IMG/VR virus record: IMGVR_UViG_3300040960_002761
Span: 1-39,770 of that record
Origin: a virus
Lineage: Duplodnaviria > Caudoviricetes
DNA: 39,770 nt
Direction: 5' to 3' (one strand)
The position numbers and the translations under genes were made by a program. Position 1 is the stretch's first letter; each line of letters opens with the position of its first letter. The notes under the pieces were generated by a model. It made no database searches and was not told where the DNA came from. It saw only the letters and a program-made list of their open reading frames with translations. This document shows positions 15,887 to 27,200 of the stretch, in pieces.

Positions 15887-18800
15887 ATGCTTCTAAGTAA
15901 ATATCAGCTAGTTAATAATATTTCAAACGAACTATCAGACAATGCAACACAATCCATCACGCCTTACCATGTTCGTCATAATTTAATCGATATTATTGAC
16001 TCCATCTCGGAACTTATCAAAAACGAAGATATTGATAGTGCTAATTTTAAGACTATAGTTTCCAGAACATCTGCTTTTGGAGAAAAGTCTTTAGAAAGAA
16101 CTCATCTACCAAACCATTCTACTGAAGATAATTCTGCTTTTGGTTTTTCTTCTTTGAGAATTAATTTTGATGGCAAAAGGAACACCTCCGTTGGCTCCTA
16201 TTCTCTTCAAAGTAATAGCTCTGGTTCAGACAACGTAGCCATTGGTTTTCAATCTTTAGCTGGAAATGTAACTGGTTCTTGTAATGTTGGTATTGGTAAC
16301 TACTCTTTACTTTCTGGCAGGACTGGCAGTTTCAATATAGCTATCGGTCATGGTGCTGGATATTACGTTGACAAACAAGATGACTACAAGTTTTACCTTG
16401 GCTCATCGCCCGCTAATGATTCGACAATCTGCACCGATACTAGTGGTGATAATGTTACTCCTCTTTTAAAAGGTGATCTATTACACAATATACTTGGTAT
16501 AAATACCAAGATTATTACTGAAGATGCCGTACTACATGTTGGCGGCAATGCGATTCCATCTACTGACTCTGTTTTTAATCTTGGTTCAGAAAATCTCACT
16601 TGGAACAAACTATATTCAAATAATATTTACTTATCGAGTACGGAAAAATTTTCTAAGACACCTGACTCAGTTTCTTTTAATTTTCCTCTCATTCCTGAAT
16701 CAGACAACGTATATGATTTTGGTTCTTCATCAAATAGAATTAGATCTTTATACGCTTATGATATCATTATCGATAATTCAGCAACAATAAATTCCGCTCA
16801 GTTCATATATAGCTCTCATTACATAAACAAGACTTTAAATCTAGCATCTAAACCAGAAGAAATATTTTTTGATGGCGGTGGACCATATTCTCTCTATGAT
16901 TATGCCTTAGAACAAAGTTCTAATCTTACTCAGCCATATTTAACTAAAGATCAGGTAAACGGCGCTGGATTTTCTGTCTATGTTGATGATCCAGAAGATA
17001 CAGACTATCACATAGTTTTAGATACTCAGTCAACAGATTCGTCTTTCTGGAAATCTAACATTAGTATTGAGGTGGATGAATCTGCACACATTGGAACCAG
17101 CAAAATAAATTCACTTCCAGAGTTTGATATCTATCTTAAATCTGGAGAAATCAATAATGTACTATCTCTGAAAGATAACTATTTATATTTTGGAGACAAG
17201 AATTTTCTAGAAAACAATAGCTTAGGCTTTGGTAACTACAACTTTGTTTCTGATGATAATACCGGTGAATTTATAACATCTTTCTTAGTCACAACTTCAG
17301 ACTCATCAAAAATAGCTCAAAGATTTTTCAGTAACGCAAATGGAAACGAAGATATATCTTATGGAAGACTTTACGAAGGATTTGAACTTGAGTATGAAAA
17401 CACTCTACCTTCTACCGTCTCTCCTGAAGATCCAACAATAATTCCGGGAAGAACATGCTTCTCAATAAAATCATTTTCTCAATCTTCTAACCAGATACAG
17501 TCTGGCAACTCAGAACGTATACCAATTAATCAACTGGTAATTAATAGAGATAGTTCTTCAAAAATATTTGCCATAACTGATGTAAATAACTATTCACCTG
17601 AATACACAGGGGATTTTAACACATCAGAAGACTGTACTATTAGGATTAATTCTAGGGGAAACAATAAAGTTTCCAAAATATTATTAGAAACGAACAATAG
17701 AGGTGATGCTCAAATTGTTTGCGACAATGCTTTAGAATTCTCTTATAGTGGCGTTAAATCCGCTAGTTTTAATGACCAGAGTTTTGATCTTTTTAACAGC
17801 ACTAGTGGCACACATAACTTCATGATCAATATGGGCGATTATTATCGCCAAGATGTATCCATCGGGATGAGGCATGTTGCTGAAGATCCCGTCGCCGCAT
17901 CTGGTTATGGAGCAATTTATGTAAACGCAAAAGCCGGTGGAGAACTGCAATCCTCTACACTTATGTTCATAGATTCTTCTGGCAATAAGTTTGATCTAGT
18001 CCGCTCTCCGTCTAACTCTATTGATGGATTTCTTTTTATTGATGATGATAATACATTTGGTGGCTTAAATTCGTTTGATAACAAGTCTGACGTTCAGTGT
18101 GAACACAATACCGGCGTTGGCTTTGAATCCTCAAAGGATATTACTACTGGCTCCAAAAATACGCTATACGGATCTCAGGCTGGCAAAGCTTTAACAACAG
18201 GCTCTAATAATCTAGCTATAGGGTATGGATCTTTAAATAAAAGTACCACGAATAGCTATAATATTTGCTTCGGTACAGACAGTCTGGGTTCTAATATTAA
18301 TTCTGATTATAATTTCCTGTTAGGCATTAAGGACGATTTGGTTTTAATGAGCGGGGTGCTAGGTCCAAATAATGCCAACAAGTTTTTACAGTTACCAAAC
18401 GACGGCAAGCTCATTGTTTCCAATGAAAGTAATACCGAATCAGTTTCCATTACTTCTAATTCTATAGAAATTGTAGATAGGGGTGGCGCAGATTTACCCG
18501 AGTCTGATTTTAACTTTACTTTCACCGGTAACAATTCTTCAACGTTGCTTGTTCTAAATCATTCTGAACCAAGAATTATTAAAGATCATTTTTATGCAAA
18601 CAAAAATCAGCCTTTCGCAGAATTAAAAGGCGACTTAAAAATACTTGGCTCTGTTTTGTTTAGCGACGGATCTGAATTATCTTCATCAACTTCTATTGAT
18701 GAAATATCAACAATTAGCAACAAAGTTACAGATAATGAAAATAAAATAGCATCTATTTTCGTGGAAGGATTTGCTATTGATGACATAGATAAACCATCTA

Positions 18801-18979
18801 GCTATAACAATCCATCTATTGCAAACATACGTACACCAGATGGAAATGTGGTACAAATTCACCACCGAGACACTTCTCTTGTTATCAAAAAAGACGCCTA
18901 TGTAATTGCTGCTAAAATCAATTCAGAATATAGACCAATAAGGATTAGTAAAGAAGAATCTTTGACTTTCTGCGGATAA
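15887..18979 (+). CDS. 1030-aa fibre/adhesin with two blocks of YadA-head-like NxAxG repeats
   Basis: Repeats NTSVGSYSL/NVAIGFQSL/NVGIGNYSL (~16130-16360) and NTGVG/NTLYG/NLAIG (~18107-18273); IPxxDxVxxLGS fibre motifs. Confidence 0.7.
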   Translation: MLLSKYQLVNNISNELSDNATQSITPYHVRHNLIDIIDSISELIKNEDIDSANFKTIVSRTSAFGEKSLERTHLPNHSTEDNSAFGFSSLRINFDGKRNTSVGSYSLQSNSSGSDNVAIGFQSLAGNVTGSCNVGIGNYSLLSGRTGSFNIAIGHGAGYYVDKQDDYKFYLGSSPANDSTICTDTSGDNVTPLLKGDLLHNILGINTKIITEDAVLHVGGNAIPSTDSVFNLGSENLTWNKLYSNNIYLSSTEKFSKTPDSVSFNFPLIPESDNVYDFGSSSNRIRSLYAYDIIIDNSATINSAQFIYSSHYINKTLNLASKPEEIFFDGGGPYSLYDYALEQSSNLTQPYLTKDQVNGAGFSVYVDDPEDTDYHIVLDTQSTDSSFWKSNISIEVDESAHIGTSKINSLPEFDIYLKSGEINNVLSLKDNYLYFGDKNFLENNSLGFGNYNFVSDDNTGEFITSFLVTTSDSSKIAQRFFSNANGNEDISYGRLYEGFELEYENTLPSTVSPEDPTIIPGRTCFSIKSFSQSSNQIQSGNSERIPINQLVINRDSSSKIFAITDVNNYSPEYTGDFNTSEDCTIRINSRGNNKVSKILLETNNRGDAQIVCDNALEFSYSGVKSASFNDQSFDLFNSTSGTHNFMINMGDYYRQDVSIGMRHVAEDPVAASGYGAIYVNAKAGGELQSSTLMFIDSSGNKFDLVRSPSNSIDGFLFIDDDNTFGGLNSFDNKSDVQCEHNTGVGFESSKDITTGSKNTLYGSQAGKALTTGSNNLAIGYGSLNKSTTNSYNICFGTDSLGSNINSDYNFLLGIKDDLVLMSGVLGPNNANKFLQLPNDGKLIVSNESNTESVSITSNSIEIVDRGGADLPESDFNFTFTGNNSSTLLVLNHSEPRIIKDHFYANKNQPFAELKGDLKILGSVLFSDGSELSSSTSIDEISTISNKVTDNENKIASIFVEGFAIDDIDKPSSYNNPSIANIRTPDGNVVQIHHRDTSLVIKKDAYVIAAKINSEYRPIRISKEESLTFCG

Positions 18980-19021
18980 TTTTAAAAAAAGGAAACAGAG
19001 GCTTTATGCTCTGGTTGAACC

Positions 19022-19708
19022 ATGTTCGTTTTATCCGACAGAGTAAAACAAAATTCTATTTCTGAAGGTTTTGGCGATGTTGTTTTTCAAAACTCATTCG
19101 CTAGCTTTCAAACTTTTTCTGAAGCCATAGGTGATGGTAATTCAACCTATTACACCATAGAGAATTATGAAAATTTTGAAATAGGCATAGGAACTTACCA
19201 CGCATCTACTAACAGTTTATCCAGAGATGCAGTATTATTAAGCAGTAATAATAACAATAAGATAAATCTCAGAGATGTTTCTAATGTATTTTGCACATAT
19301 CCAGCAAAAGCTGCATTCCTGCTTAATCAGTCTGGATACGCAACTAGTTTAGAGAGTGGATATCAAGGAATTAAATTTCCTGATGGAACAATACAAAGAA
19401 CTGCTGCCACTTCTAGTAACTTTTCAAGAGCTAGATCATACAAAACAATTTCTTCAGATTACTCACTTTTCCCCGATGATGACTTTATACTAATAGATAC
19501 ATCTTCGGGAGATGTACATATTACTCTACCAGAAGCATCTAGCTCAGAAGGATTTACTATTACCTTTAAAAAAATACTTGGAAACAATAAATGTATTATA
19601 TATCCACATCTTGGACAATCAATAGATTCTTCTAATTCAATCGAAATTCAATTCTTAAATGTTTCACTTTCCACTTTTTCAAATGGCTCAAATTGGTACA
19701 TAGTATAG
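19022..19708 (+). CDS. short fibre/adaptor protein
   Basis: N-domain VLSDRVKQ..FEIGIG..VFCTYPA is shared with ORF 30536; C-domain ITLP..KK..IDS..SNGSNWYI is shared with ORF 19754. Confidence 0.7.
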   Translation: MFVLSDRVKQNSISEGFGDVVFQNSFASFQTFSEAIGDGNSTYYTIENYENFEIGIGTYHASTNSLSRDAVLLSSNNNNKINLRDVSNVFCTYPAKAAFLLNQSGYATSLESGYQGIKFPDGTIQRTAATSSNFSRARSYKTISSDYSLFPDDDFILIDTSSGDVHITLPEASSSEGFTITFKKILGNNKCIIYPHLGQSIDSSNSIEIQFLNVSLSTFSNGSNWYIV

Positions 19709-19753
19709 TGTATAATACTATGTATATCACACACACCCTAACGGAGAAAAAAA

Positions 19754-21262
19754 ATGTCATATCATCCAAGCCAAACAGATGTTCATAACGGCACTTCTGG
19801 TGGACATATACCAAGCGGAATTGTTTATTTTGGGCATAATAGATCTGACCAAGTTTATGAAGCCAACGCTGGCTTTACAATTGATGGAACTTACCTGAAC
19901 GCTTCTAAAGTTCGCTTATCTGATAGCGGTGGCACAATTGGTAGCATGACTACACCGGGAGCAATTACTATTGCTGCAAATGGTGATGTTAGTCTAGTCG
20001 GGGATTTAACAATTGCTGGCACAACAACTACTGTTAGTACGTCTAACTTAACTGTAGAAAACCCATTAATATTTTTGGCTAGTGGAAATAGCGCTAACAT
20101 AAACGATATTGGGTTTTATGGTGTTTATAACGATGGTGTCAACGATGAATATGCCGGTCTTTTTAGAGACGCTACAGACAGCAAGTTTAGGCTCTTCCAT
20201 TCTTTAGAAGATGAGCCAACGACAACTATAAACACTGCTGGAACTGGCTATACGAAAGGCATATTAGTTGCTGATTTAGAGGGTAATGCTGACACCGCAA
20301 CGACTCTTGAAAATGGAAGATATATTGGCGTTTCAGACCAATTGACTGGCAGCGGCTATTTTGATGGTAGTCAAGATGTAGTTTTTGATGCTCAACTTAC
20401 TGCTGATGCTATTAATGATCAAACAGAAGCTTCTGTGCTAAATGCATCTGATTATTTCCTTATTGCTAACGGCGCTAGCTTAAGAAAGTTATCTGCATCT
20501 AATCTTGGCTCAATGAGTAACTTCATTATTAGAGATGAAGATGGTTCTGAAGTTCAAGTTGATGATGGTGAGTACATACAATTCTCTGGCGGCGCTGGCA
20601 TCTATATTGATTTAACTGATACCGATGGCGGTACAACCGCAGACCCATATGATCTTACAATTAATCTAAAAATTGATGAATTATCAACTGCTAATATTGC
20701 TACTGATGATTCATTCCTAATTCTTGATTCTGATGGCTCTACTCATCAAAGATCAACTGTAAATAATTTGGGATCATATCTTGCTGGAACCAATCTAACT
20801 GCTAACGCCGATGGTGTTATTGGTATTGCTGATTCTGTTATTGAAGGAATAGTATTTACTGATGCTAACTTTGATGATAGTGATACCCTTGATTTCACTG
20901 TAACTACTGGAGAAAAAGTAACCGCTGTAGTAAAAAATAGTAGCATAACAGAAGAAAAAAGAAGCAGAACTGTTGAAACTGTTGACTCAGCTTCAGTAAC
21001 AAGTAAAACTGCCGAAAAAGATATAACATTAGTAGATGCCACTTCCGCTAGTGTTACAATTTCTTTGCCAGAAATTACTGGGTTAAATCCACATACTGGC
21101 AGAGTCATGATTGTAAAAAGAAAAGATTCAGCTTCTAATGACGTTGTAATTACTAGAAGCGGAACGTCTAATACGATTGATGGCTCAACTCATTGGCAGC
21201 TTTATTACAAAAATGAAACCTTAACTTTTGTTAGCGATGGTTCAAATTGGTATATAATCTAG
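19754..21262 (+). CDS. 502-aa acidic fibre protein
   Basis: GDLTIAGTTTTV..VENPLIFLA..DIGFYG..YAGLFRDATD and DLEGNADTATTL fibre motifs; C-terminal SDGSNWYII domain. Confidence 0.7.
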   Translation: MSYHPSQTDVHNGTSGGHIPSGIVYFGHNRSDQVYEANAGFTIDGTYLNASKVRLSDSGGTIGSMTTPGAITIAANGDVSLVGDLTIAGTTTTVSTSNLTVENPLIFLASGNSANINDIGFYGVYNDGVNDEYAGLFRDATDSKFRLFHSLEDEPTTTINTAGTGYTKGILVADLEGNADTATTLENGRYIGVSDQLTGSGYFDGSQDVVFDAQLTADAINDQTEASVLNASDYFLIANGASLRKLSASNLGSMSNFIIRDEDGSEVQVDDGEYIQFSGGAGIYIDLTDTDGGTTADPYDLTINLKIDELSTANIATDDSFLILDSDGSTHQRSTVNNLGSYLAGTNLTANADGVIGIADSVIEGIVFTDANFDDSDTLDFTVTTGEKVTAVVKNSSITEEKRSRTVETVDSASVTSKTAEKDITLVDATSASVTISLPEITGLNPHTGRVMIVKRKDSASNDVVITRSGTSNTIDGSTHWQLYYKNETLTFVSDGSNWYII

Positions 21263-21263
21263 T

Positions 21264-24200
21264 ATGTATAGCATAACTTTACAAAACGCTGGTGGTGACA
21301 ATGTTATTACTAGCGGCGATATTTTAGGTAGAATTAATTTTGCTGTGCCGTCAGAATCTGATGGCGCAGCATCTACCTATATCGCATCGCAAATTTATTC
21401 TCAGGCAGAAGGATCTTTTACAGGATCTTCAAATCCAGCCGGTTTAGTACTGGCTACATCTTCTTCTGATTCCGCTCCAGCATCTGGCAGACTTACAGTT
21501 TCTTCAGATGGGCATTTCTTGCCTCTTGTTAGTGGGCAGTATGACCTTGGATCATCGTCCAATCCATTTAGAAATCTTTATGTAGACAATTTTTCAATTG
21601 GAAATATAGAGGAAAGCGATCCTACCGTTAGCGGCTATATTAAATCTATAACACAAAATCAAATTCAAAACTGGGATATTGCGTATAGCGGCGTTTCTTC
21701 TTCTGGATCTTTCTGGACTCAGGCTTATAACTGGGGTGATCATAACGAAGCAGGATATATTACCAATGAAACACTAACATCATTATCTGGAAACAGTGTA
21801 ACCCAAGAATTAATTTATATTGATGAATCTGGAGTTTCTAATAGTATTGATTTAAGTTGGTCTATGGATGACACTAATTTAGCTAGACTAGTTAGTGGAT
21901 CTGTTGATAGCTCAGGTATAGCTACTTTTACTAGAGACGATGGAACAACATTTGCTGTAGATTTTAGCTCTTTATTTGATGATACTAATTTGCCAAGAAT
22001 TACTAGTGCTAATTTTGACAATAATAGTGGAATTTTAACACTCACCAGAAATGATAACAGCACAGTATCAACTAGCTTAGAAGGTAGGTATCTAACAGAG
22101 CATCCTTTAATTTCAGCATCCCAATCTTCTGACAATAGTGGAAGAACATATATACAAGATTTATTTCTTGATGGATACGGTCATGTAACTGGTATATCAA
22201 CGTCTACTGAGACAGTAATTGACAATGATACATATATTACTAGTGGCACTTTTAATCAAAACAATAGTGGCATATTGACTTTGTTAAGAAATGATGATTT
22301 TATAATAGATATTGATTTAGATGGAAGATATTTGCAGTCGTTTACTGAACAAGACCCAACAGTAAGTGGATATATTAAGTCTATAACACAGAATGAAATT
22401 CAAAGCTGGAACAGTGCGTATACTGATGTTTCTTCTTCCGGTTCTTTCTGGACTCAGGCTTATAATTGGGGCGATCACTCTGGATACCATATTCCAGTTT
22501 CATCAGCTACCTCTTCTAATAATTCTGGACGTACTTACGTACAAAGCATTTTACTTGATTCGTATGGTCACGTTTCAGGAATAACTACTGCAACAGAAAC
22601 TGTTGTTGATACAGATACTACATATACTGATGGCTCTGGCTTGTCTCTTGTTGGCACTACTTTTCATGCCAACGTAGATAGCACCATTCAGTCTGTTTCT
22701 CCAAACGTTGTTAGCAGCACAGCTAATAGAACGTATGCAATTCAGGTTGATAGTAATGATGATCTTGTTGTTAATGTTCCTTGGACAGACATAGACACAA
22801 CAATACCGCTCTCAGGCAATTTAAGTGGAGACATTAATCTCAATAGCTTTGATATTGTAGGAACCGGGAATATTACAGTAAACGGGGATGTTGTTGTTGG
22901 TAGCGGTCATTTTGATGCCCTAAATATTAACGGCCAATATACTTTCCCGACCGGCATTGGTAATGTTGGGGATAGCCTTGTTTACGCTGGATCAAACCAA
23001 GTAGCTTGGAGTGGCGTGTCCGTGTCTTTATCCGGCCAGCTAGATGGCAACTTAGACCTTAACGGTTACGACATAGTTGGTACTGGTAACATTACAATAG
23101 ATGGAGATGTTCAAGCCAACCAATTTATTGGTAATTTAAGAGGCGCTATATATTTTACAGCCAAAGCTGGCGAAGCATTAACTAAGGGCGACGTAGTTTA
23201 TATATCTGGCATATCAGGCAATAAAACCGTTGTTTCTAAAGCAGACGCTAATGACTCTTCTAAAATGCCAGCTTTTGGAATAGCCGCTGAAACTGTAAAC
23301 AATAACGCAAATGTAAATATTATTACTTTTGGTTCGCTTTACAACATAGATACAGATACTCCAGATTGGGATGAGGGAGACGAACTTTATGTTAGTAATA
23401 CTGCTGGCGTACTAACTAAAACTGCTCCTACTGGCGAGTCTTCGCAAATACAAAAAATCGCTAAAGTAACAAGAAGAGACAATTCTGCTGGCTCTATAAA
23501 AGTCATGGGCGCTGGTCGTACCAATGCTACCCCTAACTTAAATGAGGGCAGATTGTTTGTAGGTAATTCAAGTAATCAAGCAGTTGCAGATGGTACTATT
23601 CATGTGGATATATCTAATAGTAGGGTTGGTATAGGGACGGCTACACCATCTACAAAACTGAACGTTGAGAACGGTGATGTAGTATTTAATGATTTAGGTG
23701 GAAACTATGACTTTAGGGTAGGGGGAGACGGAGAAACACATCTATTCCAAACAGACGCAAGCCAGAAAACTGTTGGCATAGGACAAAGTGATCCAACTTA
23801 TAAACTATTTGTTAAAACATCAAACTCTAATCTCGATGAAGATGGATTATTTATTAGGGGTGTTGGTGTTGATCCCGCTGTAATGTTTATGGGGCAAGAC
23901 ACTAACGAATCGTACATTACAGCAAAAAATAATGGTATAATAGAGCTGAATGCAGACATATGGTCTGGCGCTGCTGGATCTGCCATCACTTTTAATGTTG
24001 ATAACTCTGAAGTCATGCGGGTGGATTACCAAGACAGGGTTGGTATAGGGACGGCTTCGCCATCCTCCAAGCTTCACGTTTCAGCAAATACAGAATATGG
24101 CCTCAATGTTGCACAAACTGGCGTTACTAATAACAATGTTGGCTTGTTTCAATTTACTGGTGGAAATGTTGGTAGTACGAGTGCTAGTAGCGCCCTATTA

Positions 24201-27200
24201 AGAGTGTCTAGTAATAGTAGCTTCAGGCCATTAGCTTCTTTTGATGATACTACCGTGATTACTGCTGATGGAAGTGTTGGTATAGGTACGGCTTCGCCCT
24301 CAGAAAAATTAGATGTTGACGGAACTATACGAACCCGTACTGGTGGTATTGGACATGAAGATGATGGATGCTATGTGGCCTATCCCGGCGGTGGAACATT
24401 TGAAGCTACAGGCTCTCTGCAAACTGGCTATTTGAAAATTACACTGCCAGTTAGTTGGACAAATACAATGTTAGCATTTGATATAGATATTTATGAGTAT
24501 GCTAGTCAAAAAATCAAAAAATTAAGAGTTGGAGGTTATAACTATACAGGAAATCCTACACCATTATGGGTAAACATATCAGCAATGATGGACAGCGACA
24601 ATGACTTTGCTAAATATAAAGTTCATTTTGGTCATGATGGAACCAAATGCGCTATTTATATTTCTGAAATAGGCACAAATAATGTAGATCAAGGAGCTTC
24701 TACAACATGGAATTATGCCAATGTTTCTATTAGTAATTTTTTTGGAGGTTGGGCGAATTTTACAATGGCCAATTGGGCTGATGGCTGGGACGTTGGATTT
24801 ACGACTACTTTAGGAACTATTAATAATACTCTTCAAGTTAGTAGACCATATCGCCAGCATGATACTGGATATGTATTTAATGAATATGGTGGAAATGTTG
24901 ATTTTAGAGTAGAGGGCGATACTGACGAACATTTATTATTTACTGACGCTAGTACAGATAGGGTTGGTATAGGGACGGCTTCGCCAGCAACTAAGTTGCA
25001 TATTAATTTAGAAGTATCAGATGATGCTAATTACTCATATGATACCAATTCTCTGATGGTAGTGCATCAAACACCCACCTCTAATACTACTCTCAATGAC
25101 CCAAAAGATATTTTATATTTGGCTAGGCAAGGAACTTCTACTGAAGCTTATGGAGCAGCAGCTGCTTTTAGTTTGTCAAGATACGAAAACTCTAGTACGG
25201 ATTCAAGAACCAGATTAGACATAGACTTAGCACATGGTCAATTCTTGAACGAAAGAACTAAAGTAATGACAATGAGAAGTGACGGCAACGTTGGCATAGG
25301 CACCAGTTCGCCTACAGAAAAGCTTCACGTTACAGATTCAACCAATGAAGCAGTTCGCCTTCTTGTTGAAAACGCCAGCGGCGTACAGGCTAAACTTCAA
25401 GCGTTTTCTTCTGGTGGAAGTAATGGTCAAGTATACGTAGGTGCCGTAACGGACGCAGACCTTAATATCATACAAAATAACGTAGCCCGTATCACCATTG
25501 CGGATACTGCCAGTAAGCAAATCACCATTAATCCGCTCAATGAAGACGCGGACTTCCAAGTTAGAGGTACTACGGATAATAATGTTATTCGTGTTGACGC
25601 GGCAAACGATAGCGTTGGTATTGGTAAATTCAATCCAAACGTCGATACAAGGTTAGAGGTTAGCTACGACGCAACCAGTGGCCCATATGGTATTATGGTC
25701 ACAAAGGACGGACAAGAAACTACAGACGGTGTGGTTCTGGGTGACTGTCTTGGTACAACATATCAGGGCTTGTCTCATGTTACGCAAGATCCAGCATCTT
25801 TTGAATACATGATCATTAGTCAGGGCGACCACACGCTCATTAGTGCCAACTCTGGATGTGACGCTATAATTAGAGCTGGAGCTAATTCTACTAATTATCA
25901 ACTTCGTATTAAGCCCGCTTCGGCAGAATTTGGTTCTACTGGAGATTTGTTTAAACTAAATAGCGATGGGGCTATATTTAATGATGGCGGCGCTACTATT
26001 AACTTTAGAGTAGAAGGAGATGCTGATCCATATCTGCTTTATGTTAGAGGTAGTGCTGGCGTTGATAAGGTTGGTGTTGGTACAGCTTCGCTTTCTGGAA
26101 AGTTTAATGTTTATCAAACTACGGAAAATCAATCTTATCAATATGGATCATATGTAAGCGCAAATCATTACACCACAAGTGGTGGCACAAATTACCTATT
26201 CGGAAATTATACCGACATGCGTAGACATGTTGCTTCAGGCATTACTGATAATGGATACATAATGGGTCATGAGATCATATCTGTATTATCTGATGAAGGT
26301 AGTTTAGATAGAGCTTTTGGACTTAGAACTTATGCCGGTATCAATAATCAAAGTGACAACGGAAACCTAACTGTTGCTTACGGCATTCAGTCAAGAGTTC
26401 TAAATTATAGCCAAGGCACAGGAAACATTAATACAGCAAGGGGTATTGATGTTTATATAAATGGAGACCTTGGATCTGTTGGTAATGGTGGTATTACAAA
26501 TGCTTACGGTGTTTACATACAATCAATACTAAACTCTACTAATACTTATGGTCTCTACCAAGCTGGTTCTAGTGATAAAAATTATTTTGCTGGAGATGTT
26601 GGTATAGGGACGGCTTCGCCGTCCTACAAACTAGATGTTAACGGAACATTCAGCGCCAACAGCATCAACGTTAACGACCAGTTTACTTTCCCCACAACAG
26701 ATGGTTCTGCTGATCAAGTACTAGTAACTGATGGTAGCGGAGTTTTAACATGGCAAGATCAGTCTGGTGGAGGAACTTTCCATTATCTCAATATTAAAAA
26801 ATCATCACTGACCGAAAATGTAAATCAGCTTTATGCCAGCAGGCAGGCTATAAGGTTCGATAGCGAATTTTATAAGTCTACAATATATTCTCATAGCAAT
26901 GTGACCAATCCAGAGCGCGTTACTGTTAGTGAAAGTGGTTTTTATAAATTAAGTGCTAGTGTTGGCCTAGATAATACAGGCACTAATAGAGCAGTCATTA
27001 GAATGTCTGTATTTAAAAACGGTACGGAGATTACTGAAACTAGAACTTCTACTTATAGCAGAGGTGCTGGCCTTGGAGACGAATTTAATCTACATATTGA
27101 TACTGTTTTGCAGTTAAGCTCTTCAGATTATCTTGAAATATATGCATGGAGAGAATATGCAGATCAAACAAATAATGTTGACACAGTTGTTGGAGAATGC

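Noticed and set aside
23625-26620. CRISPR array or invertible shufflon reading of the 23-nt repeat
   Set aside because: Spacing is irregular and hundreds to over 1600 nt, all copies are coding and direct, and no inverted copy, cas gene or invertase was seen in the window
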